In this document: positions 25,549-38,940 of the stretch, in pieces
Position numbering within the stretch: the stretch's first letter is position 1
How the letters are laid out: every line of letters starts with the position of its first letter
From: Chiloscyllium plagiosum
Lineage: Eukaryota
Length of the DNA: 64,000 nt
Direction: 5' to 3'
NCBI RefSeq assembly: GCF_004010195.1
Contig: NC_057755.1
Coordinates: 697,581-761,580, forward strand
The notes under the pieces: generated by a model
The model's database searches: none
The model's input: only the letters and a program-made list of their open reading frames with translations
What the model was told of the DNA's origin: nothing
Translations under genes and position numbers: made by a program

Positions 25549-28500
25549 TGAGATACCTACCAATGCGCATAAAGGGAAACCTACACTCAGATGCATAAGC
25601 ACAATCATAATGTGTCGCACTCAGGGACTTATCCAACGACAAAAACCGAGGGACACACACACAGATTGACATCCTCACAAAGGGAGTGAAGCTCCCCCAC
25701 ACAGAGACTTAGACACGCTCACATAACAAAAGGGAAATGCATGAACACACCTCCCACACACCCACAGGACTAGGAAAGGGAGATGATCAAATATCAGGAG
25801 ACATACTTCCAGTAAAATGTCAAGTTATTGCTGGCTGTAATTGTGCAGTGAATAACGGGTTCACGAAGGGATTTGATTCAAGTGATAGTACAACTGGGCA
25901 TGTACGAAACTGAAATGACAAGTGTCTGACATGGTCAATGAGAGAAACATATGCAGGGAATGCGAGGGAGAGACAGAATGAGTTATACAGAGAAAGCACA
26001 GAAGGATAGGCATACAGGGAGACAGAGAGACAGGTAGAGAGAGAGAATGACATAGACAGGGAGAGGCACAGATTGAGACAGGGAAAGAGAAAGAGACTGA
26101 TCGAGAAGCTGAGAGATGAGGGAGAGCGCAAGAGGATGAGAGGAACAGAGACAAAGACAGACAGAAAGAAGCAGAAAGAGAGAGAGTGTAATCTTATGAT
26201 TGGAGAAGACAGGAGATGGACTCATTAACAATTTTTCGAAAACAAACGTGCATTTAACAATAACCAGTTTAGATGAAGGGATCACCAGCACCTGGGGCCG
26301 TTCTCTTGTAAAAAAGTGTTTATTGTGACCTAAACAGAGAGATTCTGACAATCAGCATGGTGCAGGATGAACAATTTCTGCTCTTCGCCTCCTCCACTAC
26401 AGGGGAAATGCAGAGACACCTCCTGCCGGTCTTTAACACTCATCCACCGGGCAGTCTGTGAAGACCCAATGTTCCAGTTGAACCCATCACTCACAGCAAT
26501 TCCGTCATTTGGAATCACTCCGCCAGCCTTTTTCTAACCTACCCTGCACGTGACAGTTACCTCTTGTCCCTTTATCTGATGTCCATTTTTCACGTCCATC
26601 AATATTGTTGGCGGTGGAGATGCACAGATTGTTGTTAAAATTTGGACAATAGTGGGTATGGTGATCAGTTGTACAAGGGACTATTACAGTTGGATGAGCT
26701 GAGATCTTATGGACTGGCAGAAGGACCAGACTTGAAGGGCTGAACTGTCTACTGCTGCTCATTGTCTGTGTGTCCCCGTGTGTGACAATCCGTCAGTCAA
26801 TCAAGGATAGCAACGTGTTCCTGAGCATGGTGAATGGTGATCCATCCTGTTCCCCCTTCCCCATCCCCCCTGGGTGTTATATTCAGATCCATGTAATTGT
26901 GCTGATGGAATCGGGCCGTACCTATGCAATTCCTGCGCTGGGAACACTGCGGCTGCCTCTGGAGCTCTCTTATTTGTTTTGCTGAGTCATTAAGACAATA
27001 ATTTACGTAACCAGTTGGTGCAATGCATTCTTGAATTTTGCTCTGAACTTGGGCAGAGTTGCTGCATAAAATAATGTGTTCATGCTGCAGCTGAAATCCT
27101 TCAGCATTTTTCTGAAATATGTAAAGATGAGAGAATTGTTCTTCCAAAGATGAGTTCTTTTAATGTTATAGTATAAGATGTTTCTACATCTCGCTTATCA
27201 CAGAAGTATGAAGCTGATGGATATGGTGAAGACGGAAATCACTGATTTCCTCCTGCTCTGCGTCTCTGCGTCTTTGTGAATTTCTCCATCCTTCTGACTC
27301 CTCAGGCTCTTGTGGAAATGACTGGCCCCTAAAATTTACCTAACCGTGTGAGTATTCATCAACAGAATTAAGATGGATTGAAACCACTTAAACCCCTGCT
27401 ACTTGGGAGCTGTAAAATAACTTGACTTTGTTTGACAGTGCCATTGAACATTACCAATTATCCTCACAGGTTCCCATCAAAAATAGAAGGGAATGCGTTT
27501 TGAACAGAGCAGAGTTCCAGTTGCGGCAAGGCTTTCTCTGTCCAAATTTTGTTTTAATTTTCTGGCAGCAAATAGCCACAAAACGATCAAAGGTGGAAAG
27601 GACAGTGAACCGGACGGAACAGTCTGTGGCTGCACGAGCCAGGGCAAAGACAGCACTGCATATACCGGTTAGAATCAGGAAAAACCTAGGAAAGTTAACA
27701 TATATGAGTTGCCACAGTATGATCTTCCTCGGAATGAACAGTAGGTGCGACGTTGCCATAGCCAACATGCAGAGTGCTGTGCATTTAAAGAGGCCACATT
27801 GCAGGTTTGAGAACAAGAATCACCAAGAAATTAACTAAGAGACAGGAGGTAAAATGCAAAACAGAAATTAATGACCAAAAGCTCTCCACGTCGGCCCTTC
27901 ATCTAAAGGTGATCCCTTCATTTAAAAATGTAAGCGCCTAACTGGGTCAGATGGGAGGGTTCAGATGTCGGGTTTGAACAGGACAGCTCCAATCGCCTGA
28001 CCCATTTCGAAGTTGCTCACTCCTGAGTTTGACAAAGTGTGGGCAGGCAATCAACAGATGGCAGAAGGACATAATTTTTCAGGTGAAAGGGAAGAGCTTT
28101 AGAGGGTATCTGAGGCAGAGGTTTTCACCCAGAGAGTGGTCGGAGTCTGGTAATTCAATGCCTGGGTGGGTAATGGAAGCAGGAAACTTCACAAACGTTA
28201 AAAAAAAACTACCAGGATGAACACTTGAAGTGTCATTTACGACTACGAGTATAGTGCGAGAAGCTGGGACGAGTTGTAAGTTTCTTGTAGAGTAGACTGC
28301 ACAAACTGGATGGAATGAAGTACGTCTTCTGTATCGTCAGATTCTAGGATTTTAAGAATTACATTTGGATGTCAGGTTGGTAAGTCAAGCATTGTAAAGA
28401 AATAAATAGAAGGGCTTTGAATGCTGAAAACATGACAGAGAATCATAAATAACTGGCAAAACCTAACAGGTATGGCAGCATCTGGGGAGAGAAAAAGAGT

Positions 28501-29397
28501 TAATGGACTCCTTCTTCATCAGAACATCTTCATCTGAACATGGGTCACTGAATGCAAAGCATCATCTCAGGTTTCTCCCCGCACAAGACCCTATCATTGC
28601 AACCAAAAGACAGGGATTTATTTCCAAAAGGGAATTGAGATTTAAAATGATGATATTCATCTACTATGCAGCATTTGTTAGACTGCTCATCGCATACCAG
28701 GCATAGTTAGAGTCATATAGATATACAGAATTCAAACAGTCGCTTGAGACCAAATCGTCCAGGCCGAACTTATATCCTTAATTAATCTCATTTCATATGC
28801 CCCCAATTCCTTCTCAGCCCTTTCCATTCAATTAGCCATTCAGCTATATTTTAAATGTTGTAATTGCACATCCTCCATCACTCCCTCTGACAGTTCATTC
28901 TATACATACACCACACTCTGCATGAAATAGTTGACTTAGATCCCTTTGAAATGTTCCCCCACTCATCCTAAATCTATCCCCTCTCGTTATGGACTCTCCC
29001 ACCCCTGGGAAAATACCTTGTTTATTCACCCTGTGCGTGTCCCTCATGACTTTATAAACCTCCATAAGCTCAATCCTTAACTTCTGATGCTCCTAACAAA
29101 CCTGTCCCAGCCTATTCAGCCTGTCCATATAGCTCCAACCCTCCTCTCCTGGCAACATCCTGGCAATTATTTCAACCCTTTCAAGTTTCACATCCTTCCT
29201 TTTCGAGGGAGACCTGAAATACACACAATATTTAAAAGGTGGCCTAAACAGAGTCCTGCTCAGCCAAATGACCTCCCAATTCCTTCATGCAAGGCTCTGA
29301 CCAATAAAGGAGAGTATACAAAATGTCCCCTTTACTATCTTCTGGATCAGTGGTGCAGGAAGAGCACAACAATTCAGGCAACATCCAACAAGCAGCA

Positions 29398-29436
29398 AAA
29401 TCGACGTTTCGGGCAAAAGCCCTTCATCAGGAATAA
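29398..29436 (-). ncRNA. Minimal hammerhead motif in the inverted pLTR (intact core)
   Basis: Reverse complement reads ttattcCTGATGAagggcttttgcccGAAAcgtcga, identical to 30252-30290. Confidence 0.68.
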
Positions 29437-30251
29437 AGGCAGAGAGCCTGAAGGTCATCCACCGACATTTCCGCCACCTCCAAAAAGACCCCACCACCAG
29501 GGATATATTTCCCTCCCCACCACTTTCCGCCTTCCGCAAAGACCGTTCTCTCCGTGACTACGTCGTCAGGTCCACGCCCCCCATGACCCACCCTCCCATC
29601 CTGGTACTTTCCCCTGCCACCGCAGGAACTGTAAAACCTGTGCCCACACCTCCTCCCTCACCTCTATCCAAGGCCCTAAAGGAGCCTTCCACATCCATCA
29701 AAGTTTTACCTGCACATCCACTAATATCATTTATTGTATCCGTTGCCCCCGATGCGGCCTCCTCTACATTGGGGAGACTGGGCATCTCCTAGCAGAGCAC
29801 TTTAGGGAACATCTCCGGGACACCCGCACAAATCAACCACGCCGCCCCGTGGCCCAACATTTCAACTCCACCTCCCACTCTGCCGAGGACATGGAGGTCC
29901 TGGGCCTCCTCGATCGCCACTCCTTCACCACCAGACGCCTGGAGGAAGAACGCCTCATCTTCCGCCTCGGAACACTTCAACCCCAGGGCATCAATGTGGA
30001 CTTCAACAGCTTCCTCATTTCCCCGTCCCCCAACTCATCCTAGTTTCAAACTTCCAGCTCTGCACTGTCCCCTTGACTTGTTCGGACTTGTCCGACCTGC
30101 CTAGTTCCTTTTCCCCCTATCCACTCCACCCTCTCCTCCCTGACCTATCACCTTCATCTCCTCCCCCTCTCACCTATTGTACTCTATGCTACTTTCTCCC
30201 CACCCCAACCCTCCTCTAGCTTATCTCTCCACGCTTCAGGCTCTCTGCCTT

Positions 30252-30290
30252 TATTCCTGATGAAGGGCTTTTGCCCGAAACGTCGATTTT
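30252..30290 (+). ncRNA. Minimal type I hammerhead ribozyme motif in Penelope pLTR (intact core)
   Basis: CTGATGA(30257-63) a GGGC-tttt-GCCC GAAA(30277-80) CGTC: conserved core, stem II, palindromic ACGT stem III and a GUC cleavage triplet. Stem I pairing is short and weak. Confidence 0.72.
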
Positions 30291-33200
30291 GCTGCTCGTC
30301 GGATGCTGCCTGAATTGCTGTGCTCTTCCAGCACCACTGATCTAGAAACTGGTTTCCAGCATCTGCAGTCATTGATTTTACGTCGAGGATTTTAACCCTA
30401 CTGCGAATCCTCTTGCAAGGATAACTGCCTTGAAGAAGTTTTCCTCCTCTCTCTACAAGAATCTCAGGGAGTCCCTCTCCCACTGCAACTCCCAGGTCAT
30501 TTCCTCTGCACTGAGGTTCTTCAACTATGTCGTGAAACAAACTCGGTACCACAGCCACATTTGCTTCCTCAGTGCATGCCTCTGTAACCAACTCATCCCA
30601 CACGGACTCCGGACCACCTTTAAACCAGCAGAGTTCGGACCCGAACAGGACAAACAGTACAGACTACAGTTTTAAAAACACCAGCAACAGTTCTCCTTCA
30701 AGATCCTCTGCTCCACGCTTGCAGCAATGCGACGGCACCTAACCTCTCTGAGTCTGCCCTGCCTCAGCTGAGGGCTACACTCTCTCAGAATTGCAAAGGA
30801 CACACTCTGTAAAACATCCTCAGGAGAATTCATACTCTCAACACACAGTCTTTAAATTCCATCTCAAACATCAAAAACTGTAAGTACAACAAACTTTTAT
30901 CCACTCACCTCCATAACCAGCGCTCCTCAAACTTTCCAGAAGATTCCCCTGGCCTCGGAAGCGCCATTAGCCATGCGGCTGATGCAGCTACCACCCCCGC
31001 GCTGATTGATTATGTCACTTCCACCACCATCATGGCCACTCCCACAGCCACTTCCGGCTCTCACATCATCGCCGATGCCACACGCCCAGTGACTTCCGCC
31101 ACCCCTACTGCCGTGATCGCCACCACTTCCGACCCCACCAGCGCCACTCACCTGCATTCTGCTGACACGCCCCCCCAGACCACACTGTCACTATCCCCAA
31201 CCCCCAGAACCCCGCGGGGAACACTACCCCTGCTCATGCCTCCACCCCATTCCCCCCACCATCATTCCCACTCCAGGTATTGGCTCCGACCGCACTCCCA
31301 GCTCCACACCCACACCAGATCCCAGCTCCCAGCCCTGCAGAGTTTTCAACATCCCTCCAGACCTCCCACTCACTGAGGAAGAACGATCAGTCCTCAGCAA
31401 AGGACTCACCTTCATCCCCCTCCGTCCACGCATCAATACATGCCGTGACATCGAACACTTCTTCCGTCACATCCGCCTCCGAGCTTACTTTCACAATCAG
31501 GACTCCCGCCCATCTTCTGAGGACCCCTTCGCCCACCTCCAACACACTGCATCCACCTGGACATCCCGCGATGGCCTATTACTTGCCCTCAACCTCTTCA
31601 TTTCCAACTGCCGCCGGGACATTAGCCACCTCAACCTGTCGACCCCTCTCCCCCACTCCAATCTCTCGCTCTCACAACGCGCAGCCCTCCAATCCCTCTG
31701 CTCTAATCCCAACCTCACCATTAAGACAGCGGATAAACGGGGCACAGTGGTAGTCTGGCGCACTGACCTCTACACCGCTGAAGCCAAACGCCAACTTGAA
31801 GACACCTCTTACCACTGCCCCCTCGACCATGACCCCACCCCCCACCAAACCATCATCTCCCAGACCATACAAAACCTCATCACCTCAGGAGATCTCCCAC
31901 CCACAGCTTGCAACCTCATAGTCCGGGAACCCCGCACTGCTCGGATCTACGTCCTTCTACAAGCCTGACCACCAGGCCGACCCATTGTCTCAGCATGCTC
32001 CTGCCCCAATGAACTCATCTCTACATACCTCGACACTGTCCTATCCTCCCTAGAGCAGGAACTCCCCACATACGTTCGAGACACCACCCACGCCCTCCAC
32101 CTCATCCAAGACTTCCGTTTCACGGGCCCCAAAGCCTCATCTTCACCATGGATATCCAATCCCTCTACACCTAAATCCGCCATGACCAGGGCCTCCAAGC
32201 CCTCCGTTTGTTTCTCTCCAGAAGTCCCCAACAATACCCTTCCACCGACACTCTCATTCGTTTGGCCGAACTGGTCCTCACCATTAACAATTTCTCCTTT
32301 GAATCCTCCCACTTCCTACAGACCAAAGGGGTAGCCATGGGCACACGTATGGGCCCCAGCTATGCCTGTCTCTTTGTTGGCTACGTAGAATACTTGATCT
32401 TCCGTAATTACACCGGCACCACACCCCACCTCTTCCTCCGCTACATTGATGACTGCATTGGCGCCACCTAGTGCTCCCGTGAGGAGGTTGAGCAATTCAT
32501 CAACTTCACCAACACATTCCACTTTGACCTTAAATTTACCTGGACCATCTCAGACACCTCCCTCCCTTTCCTGGACCTCTTCATCTCCATTAGTGACGAC
32601 CGACTTGACACTGACATTTTTTACAAACCCACCGACTCCCACAGCTACCTGGATTACACCTCTTCCCACCCTATCTCTTGCAAAAATGCCATCCCGTATT
32701 CCCAATTCCTCCGCCTCCGCCGTATCTGCTCCCAGGAGGACCAGTTCCACCATAGAACACACCATATGGCCTCCTTCTTTAGAGATTGCAATTTCCCTTC
32801 CCACGTGGTTAAAGATGCCCTCCAACGCATCTCGTCCACATCCCGCACCTCCGCTCTCAGTCCCCACCCCTCCAACCGTAAAAAGGGCAGAACGCCCCTG
32901 GTGCTCACCTTCCACCCTACAAACCTCCGCATAAACCAAATCATTCGCCGACATTTCCGCCACCTCCAAAAAGACGCCACCACCAGGGATATATTTCCCT
33001 CCCCATCCCTTTCCACCTTCTGCAAAGACCGTTCCCTCCATAACTACCTGGTCAGGTCCCCGCCCCCCCACGACCCACCCTCCCATCTTGGCACTTTCCC
33101 CTGCCACCGCACGAACTGTAAAACCTGTGCCCACACCTCCTCCCTCACCTCTATCCAAGGCTCTAAAGGAGCCTTCCACATCCATTAAAGTTTTACCTGC

Positions 33201-33731
33201 ACATCCACTAATATAATTTATTGTATCCGTTGCTCCCGATGCGGTCTCCTCTACATTGGAAGACTGGGCGACTCCTAGCAGAGCCCTTTAGGGAACATCT
33301 CCGAGACACCCGCACCAATCAACCAAACCGTCCCGTGGCCCAACATTTCTACTCCCCCTCCCACTCTGCCAAGAACATGGAGGTCCTGGGCCTCCTTCAC
33401 CGCCGATCCCTCACCACCAGATGCCTGGAGGAAGAACGCCTCATCTTCCGCCTCAGAACAAACCCCAGGGCATCAATGTGGACTTCAAAAGCTTCCTCAT
33501 TTCCCCTTCCCCCAACTCATCCTTGTTTCAAACTTACAGCTCCGCACTGTCCCCTTGACTTGTCCGGACTTTTCCGACCTGCCTAGCTCCTTTTCCACCT
33601 ATCCACTCCACCCTCTCCTCCCTGACCTATCACCTTCATCTCCTCCCCCACTCACCTATTGTACTCTATGCTACTTTCTCCCCACCCCACCCTCCTCTAG
33701 CTTGTCTCTCCACGCTTCAGGCCTCTGCCGT

Positions 33732-33770
33732 TATTCCTGATGAAGGACTTTTGCCCCAAACGTCGATCTT
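33732..33770 (+). ncRNA. Degenerate hammerhead motif in the 3' pLTR
   Basis: CTGATGAaggacttttgcccCAAAcgtc: GAAA changed to CAAA and a stem II mismatch. Confidence 0.55.
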
Positions 33771-34180
33771 GCTGCTCGTCGGATGCTGCCTGAATTGCTG
33801 TACTCTTCCAGCTCCACTGATCCAGAATCTGGTTTCCAGCATCTGCAGTCATTGTTTTTACGGCATTACTATCTTGTCTACCTGAAACTCCATTTTGAAG
33901 AAACTATTATTCTGCACTCCAAGGTCTCTTTGTTTAGCAACACTCCCCACGACCTGACCATTAATTGTATATATACTGCTCTTTCCAAATTGCAGCACGT
34001 CACTTATTTAAAGTAAAATCTATCTGCCATTCCTCGGCCCATTGGCCCATCTGATCGAGATCCCATTGTACTCTGAGGTAACTTTCTTCACTGTCGACTG
34101 CAACTCCAACTTTGGTGTTATCTGCAAACTGACTATACCTCCTATATTCACATCCAAGGAGTTTATATAAATGATGGCAG

Positions 34181-35208
34181 ATGATTGCGGTTGTCCTGGG
34201 TAAATCATCTCAGCTCCGGTGGATTTCTGCAGGAGTCCCTCAGGGTCGTGTCCTCGGCCCAGCAATCTTCAGCTACTTCAGTAATGACCTTCCCTCTGTC
34301 ATTAGGTCAGAAGTGGTGACGTTGGCAGATTATTGCTCAGTGCTCAGTACCATTTGCAACTCTTGAGATACTGAAGCATTCCGTGTTCAAATGCAACAAG
34401 CACTAGACAATATCCAGGCTTCGGAAGACAAGTGGCAAATAATATTTGCACCGGACAAAGGCCGGACGATGCCCATCACCAATAAGAGCACGCTAACCAC
34501 CGATCCTTGACATTCAATGGTATTACCATCACTGATTCCCCAAATGTCAGGATACTTGACCAGAAACTCAACTGGACCCACCACATAAATACAGTGGCTG
34601 CAGGAGCAGGTCAGAGACTAGGGGTACTGCGGTGAGTAATTCATCTCCTGACAACCCAAAGTCCATTCACCATCTACAAGGCACAAGTCAGGAGTGTGAT
34701 GGAATTCTCCCAAATTTGCCTGGTTGGGTGAAGCTCCAACAACCCCCAAGAAGCTTGACGCCATCCAGTAGAAAGCAACTGACTTGATTGGCACCACATC
34801 TACAAACATCTGATCCCTCCACCACCAGCGCTCAGCAGGAGAAATGTGTGTTCCCTACAAAATGCACTTCAGAAATTCACCAAAGACCCTTAGACAGCAC
34901 CTTTCATACCCGTGACCACTTCGACCTAGAAGGAGAAGAGCAGCAGGTTCTTGGGAATACCATCACCTGCATGTTCCCCTCCAAACCACTCGACACCCTG
35001 ATTTGGAAATATGCTGCAGTTCCTTCATAGTCCTTAGGTCAATTTCCTGGAATTCACACTTCAACGATATTGTGTGTTAACCCACAGCAAGTGGAACGCA
35101 GCGATACAAGAAGGTAGCTCACTGCCTCCTTCTCAGTGACAAATAGGGATGGGATATCAATGCTGGCCAGCTGGCGATGCCCAAGTCCCACAAATGAGAA
35201 AGTTTGAA
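34181..35208 (+). mobile_element. Second CR1-clade LINE 3' fragment inserted antisense in the host CR1
   Basis: ISAGVPQGRVLGPAIFSYFSNDLPSVIRSEV..ADY RT motif and an A-rich 3' end at ~35205. Confidence 0.8.
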
Positions 35209-37789
35209 AAAAGTAGATCCAGCACTGATCAATATGGCACAACACTGGTTACAGGCCTCCAGGCTGTAAAGCAATCCTCCATCACCACATTCTGTCTTTT
35301 ACCTTTGAGCCAATTCTGCATCCAAATGGCTATTTCTTCCTGTCCTCAATATGTTCTAAACTTGCTTATCAGTCTACCTTGAGGAATCTTGTCTTACACC
35401 TTTCTGGAGTCCATGTGGATCACGTCCACCATTCTGCCCTCATCAATTCTCTTTGTTACGTTTTCAAAAAATACTCAATCAAGTTCATGAGACATGATTT
35501 CACATGCACAAATCCATGTTGACTATCCCTAATCAGTCCTTGCCTTTCCAAATACATGTAAATCCTATCCCTCAGGATTCCCTAAAACAACATACCCACC
35601 ACTGATGGCAGGCCTACCTGTCTTTAATTCCCTAACCTGTTCTTACCATCTTTCTTAAGTTGTGGCACCACGTTAGCCAACCTCCAGTCTTCCAGCACCT
35701 TACCTTTGACTATTGATGAAACAAATGTCTCAGCAAGGAGCACAACGATCGCTTTCCTAGCTTCTCAGAGTTCGAGGGTACACCTGATCAGGTCCTGGTG
35801 ATTTATCCAAGTTTATGCATTTTAAGGCATCTAGCACCTCCTCCTCTGCATTATGGATATATTATCAAGCTGCCACCATCTATATTCCCACATTCTATAT
35901 CAACTATGTCGTTCTCCACAGTAAACAATGATTCACAATACTTGTTTAGTATTACACCCATCTCCTGCCACTCGACACATAGGCTGCCTTGCTGATCTTT
36001 GCCAGTTCCTATTCTCTCCTTTGTTACACTTTTGTCCTTAATGACTTTATGAAATCCCTTTGAATTCGCCATTACCCTCTTTGCTAAAGCTATCTCAGGT
36101 CCCCTTTTTGTCCTACTGATTTGCCTTTTAAGTATACCCCTGCTGGTTCTATATTCTTCTAAGCATTTACTCGATCTCTGTTGTCGAAACCTGACGTATG
36201 CTTCCTTCTTTTTCTTAACCAAAACCTATACCTACCAGCCTTGCCTTTCACTCTAATTTGAACATACCTTTTCTGGACTCAATTTTGAAGGCTTCCAATT
36301 TTTCAGCTGTCCCTTTACCTAAGAACATCCGCCCCCGACCTACTTCTGAAGGTTCTTACCTAATGCAGTCAAAATTGGCCTTCCTGCAGTTTAGAACTTG
36401 ACCTAATAGATCCAAGTTCCAATGTTCTAGTTTTAATTCGTTTGCAACCTGACTTACCCCTCGTTGCTTTGCAGCATATGTGTTTGAGATGGGGATAGCC
36501 ACAGGAGCCACCTGCACTACCTCCCTCCCTCTTCTACCTTTCCTAGAGGTAACCTAACTGTATCTGTGATTTTTCTTTCTTCCCATAGCTGCCATCCGTC
36601 ACACCATCGAGCTCCTATAAATTCCTCATTGTCTCGAACTGCTGCTCCAACCGACCATTATGATCTGATAGGATTCACAACCAAACACACTTAGCTGTAG
36701 ACATAATTAGTGGTAATTTCCCACATAGCACAGTCAGTGCACATCATTCTACTAAGGCTAATCTTTGCACCTAACTTATCTCTAGACCCTGAAAATAGCA
36801 GAGTATTGCTGTTCTAAAAAAAACTGTTCCAGGATAGCTTAGTTTCTATGTTTTATATTTTAATCAAGAGACATATCTCCAGAAACATACAATCAAAGAA
36901 AGTGCACCCTACTTATTACTGTATATTTACAAAAAAAAAGACGTTTGTAAGGTTAGACTTAAAAACCATGTTCTGATCTGCTCCTTGCTGTGAGCTCTCC
37001 CACACAGGTTCCTCGAAGATCAGCTGTGATGTTTGCTCTTTGTAAACTTTTCTCAAGTGCACTCCGATGCCCAGAAGTGAATGAACTCAAACAACAAAGG
37101 CGGTAGCTGTGCAGATTCACTGTCAGACGGCAGTGTATGTTTCTTTTTCTCTCTGTCTCTGACCATGCGGTCTCTACCTGAGTTTCCCTTCCTCCATTTT
37201 AAAGAAATGTTGTTCCTATATTTTCCCCCGAAGATTCACAACAATGCAACGGATTGTAAAATTAATTACTGTTCCTGGAGTTCGAGGAAATCAGCTCCAA
37301 CACCTAAAATAGCTCAGAAAAAGAGCACCTGTGACAACCGCATTTATTTTCTATCATCCATCCAGGATTACCCACAATTATCTGGTCACAAAATTACGAA
37401 ACTACAAGTTGTTACACTTGAGAAGATGTATTTATTCGATGGAGAATGTTAACAGTGTTGGGAAAGTTTTGTTTCGTCATTAAAGTCACAATCCACAATC
37501 TAAGTCCTCTTTATGATGATAAACTGAGGAACCCTTAACTCAAAGAACCTCTCTTATCATGGTTTGGAAAGTCAACACTCCCTTGTCATATTTAGCCAAT
37601 GTTCTAATTTTACTTGTGCATTGAGTCAGCAAAGAATCCAAAATTCAAATAGGGAAATGTAACTTTTGTTTTAATGCATTCTCTACATTGTCTGACTCAA
37701 ATACTTTTCGAATGCGCTTGTTGATTTTTCATGAATAATCTACATAATTCAAAACAAAGCAGTTCACTACTTAAATTATTGGACATGAC

Positions 37790-38940
37790 TTGGCGATGCA
37801 GGTGTTGGACTAGGGTGCATAAAGTTAATCAATCACACAACACCAGGTTATAGACCAACAGGTTTACGTGGAAGCACACCAGCCTTCGGAGCGCCGCTCC
37901 TTCATCAGGTGGTTGTAGAGGACACAATTGAAAGACACAGAATTTATAGCAAAAGGTTACTTTTAGATTAGATTACATTACAGTGTGGAAACAGGCCCTT
38001 CGGCCCAACAAGTCCACACCGACCCGCCGAAGCGAAACCCACCCATACCCCTACATTTACCCCTTACCTAACACTACTGGCAATTTAGCATGGCCAATTC
38101 ACCTGACCCTGCACATCTTTTGGACTGTGGGAGGAAACCGGAGCACCCGGAGGAAACCCACGCAGACACGGGGAGAATGTACAAACTCCACACAGTCAGT
38201 CGCCTGAGGCGGGAATTGAACCCGGGTCTCAGGCGCTGTGAGGCAGCAGTGCTAACCACTGTGCCACCGTGCCGCCCACAGTATGATGTAATTGAAATTA
38301 TACTTTGAATAATACCTTTATTGTTTGTTGAGGCTTTCATCTGTTCGAATACCACGATTGTTTCACTTCTTTCATATGTTAATCACAAAATCGTTTTTTT
38401 AAAGTTGCATTCTTAGTTTAACTGTAACAATTGGTGTTAGCTATAGAATATGTTGAGGGTGTTAGTACTCTGGGTTCTCTGTCTGTGGCATAATGTTTTG
38501 ACTGATTGCAAACGAAAAAGAGTGCTGACAGAGTCTTACATTAATTCATGCAGCTTTTGAACAAAGTCCATTGTAATTCTGCAAGTCCAATTTCATCCCA
38601 CAAACATATATGTGTATGTGTGCATGTGGGACTGTGTGTGTGTCTGTCTGTCTGGGTTGGGGGGGTTAAGTTTGAGAGAGAGTGTATATGTATGTATGTA
38701 TATGTGAGTGTACAGTGCCTTAAGTCTGTGAGGGGGTGCATATGTGAGTGTGGGAGTGTGTGTGTCTCTATAGGAGTGTGTGTATGCGTCTGGGGTGGGG
38801 CTGTGAGTGTGTGTGAGAGAGTGTATATGTGTGTGCGTGAGTGTTGAGTGATCTAAGTCTTTGAGACGATGCATGTGTGAGTGTGGGAGATGTGTGTCTA
38901 TAAGGGTGTGTGTGAGTGTCTGTGTGTGTGTGTGTGTGAA
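37790..38940 (-). mobile_element. Non-autonomous Penelope-type repeat with CA-rich body, interrupted by the SINE
   Basis: Minus-strand end cacCTGATGAaggagcggcgctccGAAGgctggtg...ctataacctggtgttgtg (variant hammerhead core, ~37876-37912). TG repeats at 38600-38940. Confidence 0.6.
37962..38277 (-). mobile_element. Full-length HE1-type tRNA-derived SINE
   Basis: The 5' end gggcggcacggTGGCACAGTGGttagcac...GGTTCAATTCCcgcc carries Pol III A and B boxes, followed by the V-SINE core and a (tctaa)n tail. Confidence 0.9.

Larger units (their letters stand above)
29342..33865 (+). mobile_element. Penelope-like (Neptune-type) retroelement: inverted pLTR (29342-~29453), 5'-truncated copy (~29454-30380), near full-length copy (~30380-33865)
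   Basis: Broken ORF with LTEEERSVLSKGLTF, TADKRGTVVVW, GVAMGTRMGPSYACLFVG, FLRYIDD, YKPTDSHSYLDYTSSHP, a CxxxxCKTC linker and a GIY-YIG region (IIYCIRCSRCGLLYIG). 29454-30380 repeats ~32940-33860. TSD ttactatctt at 29332-29341 and 33866-33875. Confidence 0.93.
28700..36600 (-). mobile_element. CR1 LINE in the intron of copy B, host of the Penelope and of a second LINE
   Basis: ORF 35851-36222 is CR1 ORF2-like. The 3' junction is identical in position to the CR1s of copies A and C. Confidence 0.85.

Noticed and set aside
32550..33185. 211-aa minus-strand ORF and other overlapping ORFs
   Set aside because: Antisense shadows of the C-rich Penelope ORF.
30430..33586. Active autonomous Penelope
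   Set aside because: Multiple stops and frameshifts (e.g. ~30673, ~31965, ~32173, ~32470, ~33186).
38200..38277. tRNA-like A/B boxes
   Set aside because: Head of an HE1-type SINE, not a tRNA gene.
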